From: a virus
Taxonomy: Duplodnaviria > Caudoviricetes
Length of the DNA: 64,000 nt
Direction: 5' to 3' (one strand)
Virus record (IMG/VR): IMGVR_UViG_2767802241_000002
Span: 1-64,000 of that record
In this document: positions 30,098-38,627 of the stretch, in pieces
How the letters are laid out: every line of letters begins with the position of its first letter
How positions within the stretch are numbered: the stretch's first letter is position 1
The notes under the pieces: generated by a model
Database searches by the model: none
Seen by the model: only the letters and a program-made list of their open reading frames with translations
What the model was told of the DNA's origin: nothing
Made by a program: the position numbers and the translations under genes

Positions 30098-30474
30098 TGG
30101 GTCTACGCGATGAAATCCAAGCAGATATTGCAGAAGCATTTAGTGATGATTTAGCCGACGCCGTGCACCAATTTACTTGCATCAAAATCATCTACTCCGG
30201 TGACTTTGATTTCGCAACTCAGACATATGAGCATCAAGAAGATGCTTCATACACAGGCAGAGGCGTCCTATTCGGCTCATATCAGCGCGACTTAGTGAAG
30301 CCGACAGATTATGAAGTGACAGACTCAAAAGCTACTGTGCTGCAAAATGAAGTCACAGCGGTACCGCAGATCAATGATGTGTGGGAAACGGCGAAAGGGC
30401 AGTTTAAAGTTATTGACATCGGTGCAGATCCGGTGGGTGTGACTTGGAAAGTGCAGCTACGGAAAGTTAGTTAA
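30097..30474 (+). CDS. Head closure / head-tail joining protein
   Basis: Synteny; DP...TW.VQLR C-terminus. Confidence 0.7.
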   Translation: MGLRDEIQADIAEAFSDDLADAVHQFTCIKIIYSGDFDFATQTYEHQEDASYTGRGVLFGSYQRDLVKPTDYEVTDSKATVLQNEVTAVPQINDVWETAKGQFKVIDIGADPVGVTWKVQLRKVS

Positions 30475-30531
30475 ATTAATAGCTTATTTTTATTGCGTAA
30501 ATTAACATCCCTTTAAATTTTAGGGGGATTT

Positions 30532-31134
30532 ATGGCTAGTGAAAATTTAAAAGAAAAAGTATTCATTGCTGCAGGTTGGTTGATTTTATTTGCAGCTATT
30601 TACTTCGTGATAGGTATTTTCTTAATCACTAATGGTGTGAGCTTTGAGGGGAAAAAGGTTTATGAGCTTCTTAAAGATACCTTGACTTTGGCTGCATCCT
30701 TTCTTGCGCCAGTTGCTGCATTTGTTCTTTTTAATGATTGGAGATTAGAGCACTCTTTAATTAGTAATGAAAAGTTTAGCATGATAATTCGCGATAAGGT
30801 TACAGATCTTGAAATCTTATCTTTTCATTGTTTCCCCTCAGTTGAAGAAAGTGAGGACTCATTTAAGAAAAAACAAGACGAGTATATTAACTTGCTGGCT
30901 GAAATTAGAAGTCTTGCATTAAGATTAAAAGGGGTTAACAGGAGGGCTCTACAATTAAAAGAGAATCTCTATACTCTTAATATGGTTGCATCTAGGTTAT
31001 TAAAGTCACAAGGTAAAAATTTTAAAAAACATAGAAACCCAGTCCAATATAGTGATGACATTGGAGGTGAGGTCATGCAGGAGCATTTTGAATTACTTTC
31101 GATCGTAAAGAAGATTGAGATTCTGCATGTTTAA
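30532..31134 (+). CDS. Moron, two-TM membrane protein
   Basis: AT-rich, two N-terminal hydrophobic helices; interrupts neck genes. Confidence 0.75.
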   Translation: MASENLKEKVFIAAGWLILFAAIYFVIGIFLITNGVSFEGKKVYELLKDTLTLAASFLAPVAAFVLFNDWRLEHSLISNEKFSMIIRDKVTDLEILSFHCFPSVEESEDSFKKKQDEYINLLAEIRSLALRLKGVNRRALQLKENLYTLNMVASRLLKSQGKNFKKHRNPVQYSDDIGGEVMQEHFELLSIVKKIEILHV

Positions 31135-31169
31135 TGGTGCGTAACTTCAAATAATACAGGTGATTGATT

Positions 31170-31562
31170 ATGTCTTGGAAAAACCCACCTACCAACTTTG
31201 CTCTACAGATTCTCAAAGACGGCGATGAGCACTTACGCCGTGTATCGGCTGAAATGCTGCAGGGTGTGATTTTGGCGAGTCCAGTAGATGAAGGTGGCTT
31301 TAGATGCAATCACAGAGTTACCGTTAATCAAACAACCACTGAAACTGTTCCTAGTAATGGAAATAAAGCACCTAAAGGGACACTAGATCAGCAAACATTT
31401 AATGACGGTGCCAAAGAGATATTGCAAGCCAAGATTGGTGATACTGTCTACATTCAAAACAATCTGCCTTATGCACTGCGTCTAGAAAATGGCTGGTCAC
31501 AACAAGCACCATCGGGCATTTATGCACTCACATTTTTATCAGTTGCGAGTAAGTACAAATGA
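31170..31562 (+). CDS. Tail completion protein (HK97 gp10-like)
   Basis: SPVD.G.FR, NNLPYA.RLE.G.S.QAP.G. Confidence 0.85.
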   Translation: MSWKNPPTNFALQILKDGDEHLRRVSAEMLQGVILASPVDEGGFRCNHRVTVNQTTTETVPSNGNKAPKGTLDQQTFNDGAKEILQAKIGDTVYIQNNLPYALRLENGWSQQAPSGIYALTFLSVASKYK

Positions 31563-31966
31563 AATTAAGCGATGCTGAGCAAATCATCTATGGGCATATC
31601 GGGCAGTTTGACGGCGTAGAGAAAGATAACTTGCGATTGATGAATCAATTGAACCGGAATGGTACACCGTTTAAAGCGCCAGCAAATAAGCCATGGTGTC
31701 GAGTAACAATTCAATACGCTGATAGTCAAATTGCTGGTATTGCTAATGAGCTTTGCATTCGCGATATAGGTTTTATCAATGTGCAATGCTTTACGCCGTT
31801 GAATACTGGCACGACTGAAATGACAAAGCTGTGTGATCAGTGGCGTGCATTCTTGCAATCATTCACGGCGGATCGTTTAGAGATCTACAAGGTCCATGCA
31901 CCACAAGACATCGATGATAAAGATTTTTACGCTAAAATAATCAGAGCTGAATTTCGAGTGAATTAA
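31559..31966 (+). CDS. Tail terminator protein
   Basis: Synteny; W.R.TI, G...VQ.F.P...G. Confidence 0.75.
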   Translation: MKLSDAEQIIYGHIGQFDGVEKDNLRLMNQLNRNGTPFKAPANKPWCRVTIQYADSQIAGIANELCIRDIGFINVQCFTPLNTGTTEMTKLCDQWRAFLQSFTADRLEIYKVHAPQDIDDKDFYAKIIRAEFRVN

Positions 31967-31967
31967 T

Positions 31968-32186
31968 ATGCCTTTTAACCAAACACTAGAAGAAATAGAG
32001 TTTAAACGCCAAGAGCTTGAGCGCCATCTGGCTAATGTGGTCGGTCGTGAATTAGCCCAATGGCAGCGTGATAATGGGCTTTGCGTACTTGATGTGGGTG
32101 TTCGATTAGCGAATGTCTCCTGCATTGGTGGACCAAAACAGAACATCGTAACGAGCGTAAGTGTAGAACTCGACTACAAGCCGTAA
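31968..32186 (+). CDS. Hypothetical phage protein
   Basis: Coupled ORF followed by terminator. Confidence 0.6.
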   Translation: MPFNQTLEEIEFKRQELERHLANVVGRELAQWQRDNGLCVLDVGVRLANVSCIGGPKQNIVTSVSVELDYKP

Positions 32187-32362
32187 TTACCCAACAAATC
32201 CGATCTACTTCTAACCAAACCTGTCCATAGCGACAGGTTTTTTTATGCCTGAATTTTCTGTTTACCACTGGCTAGGGTAGCTCCTGAACTGAAGATGGTC
32301 GTTTCGGCACTCATTGCATCTTCTTGCCAATGTTCTTTTTCTATGAGTGTCTGGAGCATATC

Positions 32363-32906
32363 AATGAATGCAATCGTAAAAATTGAAGGTCAAACCCCTT
32401 TTATTGAGGTTGAATTAAATGGGAAGGTGCAGTTTGGTGTTAATGCTCGCGACCTACACCGCTGGCTTGAGAGTAAGCAGGATTTTTCAACATGGATAAA
32501 AAGACGAATTGCTAAGTACAAATTTCAAGAAAACATGGACTACCTGATCCATCAAGTGGTGGAGCAGGGTGTTAGTGGGGCAAAGCATAAAACAGAATAC
32601 TTACTTACTGTAGATATGGCTAAAGAGTTGTCCATGGTTGAGTGTACGGATCGTGGGCGTGAAGTACGTCTTTACTATATTGAGCAGGAGGAATTGGCTC
32701 GTCAGCTTAAAGACGGAATGCAGGTGCGAATTGGTAAGCTTTCAGCGCAAGTTGATCTGATGACACAGTGTTTGTCTGAAGCAGGGCGTTTCCTTTCAGT
32801 TAATGGTAAGCAAACTAAGCCAGCCATGCTTAAAGAATTGGATGAGCTGATTAAAAAAGCCCAGCCACAGTTAGACTTCAAAGAGAATGATGAAGATGAA
32901 TCTTAA
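32363..32906 (+). CDS. AntA/AntB-family antirepressor
   Basis: VNARDLH.WL...QDFSTWIK.RI, YLLT.DMAKELSM; GGAG RBS before ATG 32363. Confidence 0.88.
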
Positions 32907-32991
32907 AAGGGTAGCATTTTAAATGTCACCCAAATAAATCCCACCCACCTCCTTAGCGGAGGTTTTTTACATCCAAAATAAGGAGGATGCC

Positions 32992-33909
32992 ATGTCGAGT
33001 GGCGCTAAAATTCGTCTCTACTATGCAGAGGAAGAGACGCCAGAAAATTTACCTGCTGCACCCATTTGGAAAACTGTACGCCGTGTAACTGATGGTTTGT
33101 CGGAATCTGTCACCACGGAGACATCGAATAGTGTTGCAGATACACGTTTCCGCCAAGGCGGTGTTGCTACGGAAGCGGAAATCACTGGGTCATTAGAAGT
33201 TGAACTTGCGGTTGGGCTGTTTGATGACTTCTGGTCCGCTGTTGCAATGAATGAATGGACCAGTGATTCGCTTGAATTTGGTGGCAATGTTCGCAAAACC
33301 TTTACCTTTGTGAAGTTGTTTGAAGATATTGGTCAAGTCTTTATTTATCGCGGCATTCGCATTGGTGAAGCTGGTCTATCTATTGCGACAACCGGAAAAA
33401 TTACGGCGACATTTGGTCTTGTTGGTACCGTCTTTGAGCGAACTACAACAAATCCAGTTGTTGATCCATTACCAGTGCCAGACGTTGTGCTTGCATCTGC
33501 AATCAATGTTGGTGATTTAAAAGTTAACGGCGAGACCGTTGTTGGCTCGGCTTGCATGCAGTCGCTAGAATTATCAATCAATAACAACTATGAAGCTGTA
33601 CGCTGTATTGGTTCGAAAAAACTCACAGCAACAACGTATTTAGAGAAAATTGTTGATATTACCGCGAATACACAATATGCATTCTCAGCTCAGTCCGCAT
33701 CATATTTAGATTTCGTAAAAACGCGAGATACGATGCCGCTTGAATTTTCTATCGAAGATAGCAAAGGCAATGGTTATGCATTTGAGTTCCCACAACTTGA
33801 AGTATCTGAAGCGAACCATCCTGATGGCGGTGGTGATGACATGATTACACTGGATGTAAATTTCAATCATATTGAAGTTTCACCAAAAATCACTCGCGTT
33901 ATTGTTTAA
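32992..33909 (+). CDS. Major tail tube protein
   Basis: Strong RBS, size, synteny. Confidence 0.88.
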   Translation: MSSGAKIRLYYAEEETPENLPAAPIWKTVRRVTDGLSESVTTETSNSVADTRFRQGGVATEAEITGSLEVELAVGLFDDFWSAVAMNEWTSDSLEFGGNVRKTFTFVKLFEDIGQVFIYRGIRIGEAGLSIATTGKITATFGLVGTVFERTTTNPVVDPLPVPDVVLASAINVGDLKVNGETVVGSACMQSLELSINNNYEAVRCIGSKKLTATTYLEKIVDITANTQYAFSAQSASYLDFVKTRDTMPLEFSIEDSKGNGYAFEFPQLEVSEANHPDGGGDDMITLDVNFNHIEVSPKITRVIV

Positions 33910-33949
33910 GAAAGCCGCCTACGGGCGGTATATTTTTGGAATATGAAAA

Positions 33950-34420
33950 ATGGCTTTAAAAGTTCAAATCGAAAAAAGCAAGCAAGTTTGCCAGTGGAAA
34001 GAGTACAAGGATGTCGAAGGCAATGTGCTGGCAGAGTTTCAGATCAATGGTATCAACAACAAAGCGTATTTGGTCGCCGTGGAGCGTGCGTCAAATCAGA
34101 TTAACCAAAAGGGCTTTGATGTTACTGCGGCAGATGCTAGTGATAAGTTGTATCACGAATTGTTAATGGAAGCTGTAGCATGCCACTTAATCAAAGATTG
34201 GAAAGGCGTCACATTTGACGAAAATGGCGAAGTAATTGAACCGCCGTATTCTAAAGAAGCAGCTATCAAGCTGCTCACAAGTGGCGATATTGGCATTTAT
34301 CTTTGGGCCTTTATCAAAGAGCAAGCCGTAAAGATTCAAGAAGAAGCCAACAAGGTAAAGCTTGATACCTTGGGAAAGTCCGAAAGCTCTACGAGTGGCA
34401 AACCCAGCACGGAATCCTAA
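33950..34420 (+). CDS. Tail assembly chaperone (gpG-like)
   Basis: After tail tube; in-frame G-GGA-AAG slippery site at 34372-34378. Confidence 0.88.
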   Translation: MALKVQIEKSKQVCQWKEYKDVEGNVLAEFQINGINNKAYLVAVERASNQINQKGFDVTAADASDKLYHELLMEAVACHLIKDWKGVTFDENGEVIEPPYSKEAAIKLLTSGDIGIYLWAFIKEQAVKIQEEANKVKLDTLGKSESSTSGKPSTES

Positions 34421-34689
34421 CCGAACATCAAAAAAAGCAACGCAAGGCGATGGGGATTAAAGAAGTCCCATCGCCTGAATATTCGCATATAGCTGCCGAT
34501 CTATTGGGTGCGTATCACATGATTTCGCGCTCACGGCGTTACGAGCAAGGTATTCCGCTATCTATCTCAATTGCTGATATTGAAAGCTATATCGATATGT
34601 ATGACTGCCCAATTGAGCTACACATCTTTGTAGAAGCCATCTTCATGCTAGATGATTTGTTCATTGAAAAGGCTTGTGAGAAGAAGTGA
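34372..34689 (+). CDS. Tail assembly chaperone -1 frameshift extension (gpT-like)
   Basis: -1 frame is open from GGGAAAG through the 34450-34689 ORF. Confidence 0.85.
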   Translation, partial: GKVRKLYEWQTQHGILTEHQKKQRKAMGIKEVPSPEYSHIAADLLGAYHMISRSRRYEQGIPLSISIADIESYIDMYDCPIELHIFVEAIFMLDDLFIEKACEKK

Positions 34690-34937
34690 TGGAGGATAAT
34701 TTACTATTTTTTACGACATTGTTTGTCGTAGGAGCTATTTAGTGATTTGTAATTTATTATTTGTGGTATATATTAATAAAGGGTAAGGCATCTTACCTTT
34801 TGTCGTATTTAAATTATGACAAATTATTGAATATTTAGGAGTTATCATGAAAGCGTTCACTAAGCTACGACAATGTTAAGCCTTAAGTTGTTCTACTCTT
34901 TAGGTGTTGGTTTTGGGGCTTATTGTGGAGGTGTATT

Positions 34938-35471
34938 ATGACAAAAACATATGCGGCAATGGACATTGCAAATTATATTATTTGGTTTGCAAATAATAGC
35001 TTAGAGTTAAGCATAACGAATCTTCAGCTTCAAAAATTTTTATATTTTTCCTATGTTGAATACTTAATAGGGTGTAATGATCGACTTTTTTCAGATTCTA
35101 TTGAAAAATGGCAATATGGGCCAGTTGTTCCTTCGGTTTATCATGCGTTTAAAGATTATGGATTTTTTAGTATAAGTAAACCTAAGGAAGAGTTTGATGT
35201 AACATTTATTGATGGTCGGTTGCAACTTATAGAAAAAAAGTTTGATCCAAATTTAATTAATTCTGAGTTTAGAGTAAGCAGTTCAATTCAAAAAATTATT
35301 AATAAATGGATTGAAGAAGATCCATTTAAGATGGTTGAGTTTACTCATAAAGAGCCAATGTGGAAGGATTATGAGGATAGAATCTTAAGTGGTGAAAGGG
35401 GGTTGGAGTATGGTGATGATGAGATTAAAAGCTTTTATCAAAAAGAAAGCAGAAGTGGTCTACCTTTTTAA
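34938..35471 (+). CDS. Panacea (DUF4065/GepA/SocA-like) antitoxin
   Basis: IANYI, ITNLQLQKFLY, W.YGPVVPSVY, TH.E..W. Confidence 0.9.
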   Translation: MTKTYAAMDIANYIIWFANNSLELSITNLQLQKFLYFSYVEYLIGCNDRLFSDSIEKWQYGPVVPSVYHAFKDYGFFSISKPKEEFDVTFIDGRLQLIEKKFDPNLINSEFRVSSSIQKIINKWIEEDPFKMVEFTHKEPMWKDYEDRILSGERGLEYGDDEIKSFYQKESRSGLPF

Positions 35472-35485
35472 AACTTGAAATTTTT

Positions 35486-36268
35486 ATGACTAAGATATCC
35501 CCACCCACTGTAGATGGTATAAAGATTTTAATAAATGTATTTCTCAATCACAAAGAGTATATGCATGTGGTTGAGGATGCTTCGCACATTATTTGTCAAT
35601 TAATACACAAACATAAAGATGCTTTGATTAAAATTGATAAAAATGGTCACCCAAACTATAATTTACCATATGATAAAATTGCTGATGAAATATACAATCA
35701 TAAAAATACAATATTTTTTGAATCACTATCAACATTCGTGAATACTGTTCATCCTTATGTTGAAAAAGGAAATGATATTCAAGTTACTATTTCCTACCGT
35801 AAGCTAACAAGGCACATTTTACTTGCTGTAAGACAAAAGAATTTTATTACAGAGGTTACTAGGGATGCTAAAACAGTAGCTGAAAAAGCCTCAAATACAG
35901 CTAAAGAGGCTGAAAGTTTAGCTGATGCTACCAAGAAGGAGTTAAAGGATTCCGTAGTAAGCTACATAACAATTCTGGGTATATTTGCTACAATTATTTT
36001 TGCTTTATTTGGGGCTGTTAACTTAATTAGTGCTGTGAATTCTCTTTTAGCTAGCGAGAACAGACCTAAACTTACAACTATACTATTACTAACAAGCGTA
36101 TTGGTGGCATCTATATCCACACTTCTGGTTATGTTGATGTCATGGTTGAATGAGGTTAAAGGGCTAGGAGAGGCGCGCTGGCGAGATAGAGTCTATTTAA
36201 AGATATATTCTGCTGTGTTGGTAGTTAGTGGAATAATGTTTTTAATATCGGCCTATAGGTTAATGTAG
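35486..36268 (+). CDS. Membrane protein with C-terminal TM helices, putative cognate toxin/effector
   Basis: 14 nt after the Panacea gene; coiled-coil then YITILGIFATIIFA and two more TM segments. Confidence 0.75.
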   Translation: MTKISPPTVDGIKILINVFLNHKEYMHVVEDASHIICQLIHKHKDALIKIDKNGHPNYNLPYDKIADEIYNHKNTIFFESLSTFVNTVHPYVEKGNDIQVTISYRKLTRHILLAVRQKNFITEVTRDAKTVAEKASNTAKEAESLADATKKELKDSVVSYITILGIFATIIFALFGAVNLISAVNSLLASENRPKLTTILLLTSVLVASISTLLVMLMSWLNEVKGLGEARWRDRVYLKIYSAVLVVSGIMFLISAYRLM

Positions 36269-36403
36269 AAATTCGCCCAAACAAAAACCACCTTCGGGTG
36301 GTTTTTTAATACCAGCAAGGTAAAGCACCCTAGGGTGTTCTTTATGGCCAACAGTAATTTATCAAAACTCTGTAATTTTTGAGTTTTCTTATTAGGAGTA
36401 ACA

Positions 36404-36718
36404 ATGAAACTAGAGAATATCGTGTTAGTCGAAAATCGTCTGCATGATAATTCGACACAGATCTATTTTGAAGATATACCTTATGATGGCGATGAGTTTT
36501 TCGTACCTGTTGGAAATCACATAAATCCGATTGGGTATTTAAAGTTTAAACAAATTGCTAAGAAAGGCTGCTTTGAATTATGCGAATTAGTGTCTCAAGA
36601 TTATCCCAACCCAAGTCCACAATTTTCGTTGTCAGGTGTTTTATACTCTCGGCAGAAAGCGATCGAAGCCCATCAATCAATTTACGCTTATCAGCAGGTG
36701 GTAAATCTGTTGCCATGA
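36404..36718 (+). CDS. Hypothetical protein
   Basis: AGGAG RBS; 3' end overlaps the convergent gene by 161 nt. Confidence 0.5.
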   Translation: MKLENIVLVENRLHDNSTQIYFEDIPYDGDEFFVPVGNHINPIGYLKFKQIAKKGCFELCELVSQDYPNPSPQFSLSGVLYSRQKAIEAHQSIYAYQQVVNLLP

Positions 36719-37064
36719 TTTTAGATTCAAGTAAAAGCTTCAACTGATCTGCTTCAAATTTTATTGTGACAACCCCTAGAATTGCCGACAGTCCACCATC
36801 ATCAGCAAGAAAATCTAATCCCTTTTGGTTAATGGTTGGTGTTTGAAATTGAAAAGATCTATTACCCTTGTCATCAAGGCTTCGGGAGATATTTACACTG
36901 GTGTGCTCAACCAATCCGTGCTGCATTAGATAATAAAGATTTGCTACAGCTATACAGTACTCCTCTGTGCCAAAATCATACTCCTCATCAAATTTATAAT
37001 GGTTTGGATATGAGCTCTCCATCTTTTTCAATAATTCTAATTGCAGCTGTCGATCTAAAATCAT
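36558..37064 (-). CDS. Hypothetical moron protein, possible winged helix
   Basis: NLYYL.QHGLV...INQKGLDFL; downstream of the Mnt-like gene. Confidence 0.75.
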   Translation of the reverse strand: MILDRQLQLELLKKMESSYPNHYKFDEEYDFGTEEYCIAVANLYYLMQHGLVEHTSVNISRSLDDKGNRSFQFQTPTINQKGLDFLADDGGLSAILGVVTIKFEADQLKLLLESKIMATDLPPADKRKLIDGLRSLSAESIKHLTTKIVDLGWDNLETLIRIIQSSLS

Positions 37065-37091
37065 GAAACGTCCGTGTTGATTAGTAGTGTT

Positions 37092-37343
37092 TTACTTTTC
37101 TTGGTTTTTTAAAAGATCTGTGATCATTTGAAAGTATTTACGATTACTCTCCATGCTTTGATTTAGCATTTTTCTAAGATCATCAACTTCCCATGAGTTT
37201 GAATCTGTATTTTTAAAGCTTTCTTCTAATCGATAAACAGCTTCCGCCGTTATGGTTCTACCATTCTCCAGCGCAGCTTTTTCAATTTTTTCCTTAAGTT
37301 CCATTGGAACGCGAAGGTTCATTTGCGGATCGTTGCGAGCCAT
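37092..37343 (-). CDS. Arc/Mnt-family ribbon-helix-helix repressor (Mnt-like, module A)
   Basis: MARNDPQMNLRVPMELKEKI...GRTITAE...RL. Confidence 0.9.
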   Translation of the reverse strand: MARNDPQMNLRVPMELKEKIEKAALENGRTITAEAVYRLEESFKNTDSNSWEVDDLRKMLNQSMESNRKYFQMITDLLKNQEK

Positions 37344-37381
37344 GGTGAATCCAAAATCTAACACTCGTTAGATATTATTGC

Positions 37382-37436
37382 ATCACAGTGCTTTACATCA
37401 ATAAAGCACTGTGCTTTAATGTGATCACGGTGCTTT
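37382..37436. promoter_or_regulatory. Three operator palindromes, module A
   Basis: ATCACAGTGCTTT, TAAAGCACTGTGCTTTA, ATCACGGTGCTTT. Confidence 0.8.
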
Positions 37437-37449
37437 ATTTGAGGTTGAA

Positions 37450-37602
37450 ATGGCAAGAACTGATACTCAGGTTGCGATACGTGTGCCACCTGAACTTCAT
37501 AAACAACTTAAAGAGAAATCTTTAAAAGAAGAGCGTTCAATGAATTACTTGATTAATAAGGCAATTGAACTTTTATTGAAACCAGAGAGTGCGAAAGCAT
37601 GA
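37450..37602 (+). CDS. Arc-like RHH repressor, 50 aa (not in ORF track)
   Basis: GAGG RBS; MARTDTQVAIRVPPELHKQLKEKSLKEERSMNYLINKAIELLLKPESAKA. Confidence 0.85.
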   Translation: MARTDTQVAIRVPPELHKQLKEKSLKEERSMNYLINKAIELLLKPESAKA

Positions 37603-37676
37603 AACCAGCAGACAACAAAAAAGCCCATGATCTTGGCGGACAGGGCTTAATTGATGTCAACATAAAGGAAAATATT

Positions 37677-38567
37677 ATGACAACTATGAGTCTACAACAA
37701 ATCACAGTGCCTTTCCATAATGCTGAACTATATTTGGTTGAACATGATGGGCAACCTTATGTCCCCATGCGCTCAATTGTGCAGGGCATTGGGTTGGATT
37801 GGAAAAGTCAGTTTGTTAAGCTAAAACAGCGATTTTCGACCTGCGTGGTGGAAATCACCATGCAGATATTAGGAGACGATCAGGCACGTTCTCACACTTG
37901 CTTACTTCTGCGAAAACTACCAGCGTGGCTTTATTCAATTCACGCAAACAAAGTAAAACCAGAACTTCGAGATACTGTAATTAAGTACCAAGAGGAATGC
38001 GACGATGTGCTCTGGGATTATTGGACAAAGGGGCAAGCGATCAACAAGCGCCAGTCAATCACCCCTGAACAACAGGCGTCACTACAGGCAATTGTAGCGC
38101 GCCGTTCAGGTGGAGAGCGCAAAGCAATGGCTGAAATGTGGGCTCGGCATAATCAGCATTTCAAGATTGCAAAGTACAGTCAGCTTCTATCAATCCATTT
38201 TCCCGAAGCTATCAGTTATCTTGAAACAATGGAGATCAAAGCAAAACCTGAGCAGCAATTAAGCATGGTAGTATTTGAAGACAAAGCAACTTATGAGCTT
38301 GTGCGAAAATTGACTGAAGCAGTTATTCTTGAAAATGATGAAATCGTGCCTTTGTTATCTGCTATAAAGATTATAGATGAGAGGAAGTATGCATTTTATG
38401 CGCATCGAGTAGTGTGTGCGAATGAAGCAGCAAGAAAAGTGAGTAGAGCGCTTGATTTTAGAAATGGCTTGGGCGAGCCTTTGATTGACCAATCTTGCAG
38501 AGTAATTGCTCTTTCAACAGGTCAGCGGTTCGTGGCTCGACCGAACTGGTTTAACTGCGAAGCTTAA
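37677..38567 (+). CDS. ant: P22 Ant-type antirepressor (P22_AR_N domain)
   Basis: VPFH...PYVPM..IV.GIGLDWKSQ, KVKPELRD.VI.YQEECD.VL.DYW; AAGGA RBS before ATG 37677. Confidence 0.9.
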   Translation: MTTMSLQQITVPFHNAELYLVEHDGQPYVPMRSIVQGIGLDWKSQFVKLKQRFSTCVVEITMQILGDDQARSHTCLLLRKLPAWLYSIHANKVKPELRDTVIKYQEECDDVLWDYWTKGQAINKRQSITPEQQASLQAIVARRSGGERKAMAEMWARHNQHFKIAKYSQLLSIHFPEAISYLETMEIKAKPEQQLSMVVFEDKATYELVRKLTEAVILENDEIVPLLSAIKIIDERKYAFYAHRVVCANEAARKVSRALDFRNGLGEPLIDQSCRVIALSTGQRFVARPNWFNCEA

Positions 38568-38627
38568 TTTTTTGATTCAGCAACCCTTAAATTTTAAGCC
38601 TATGTAAAGCAAAAGCCGCCTTATAGC

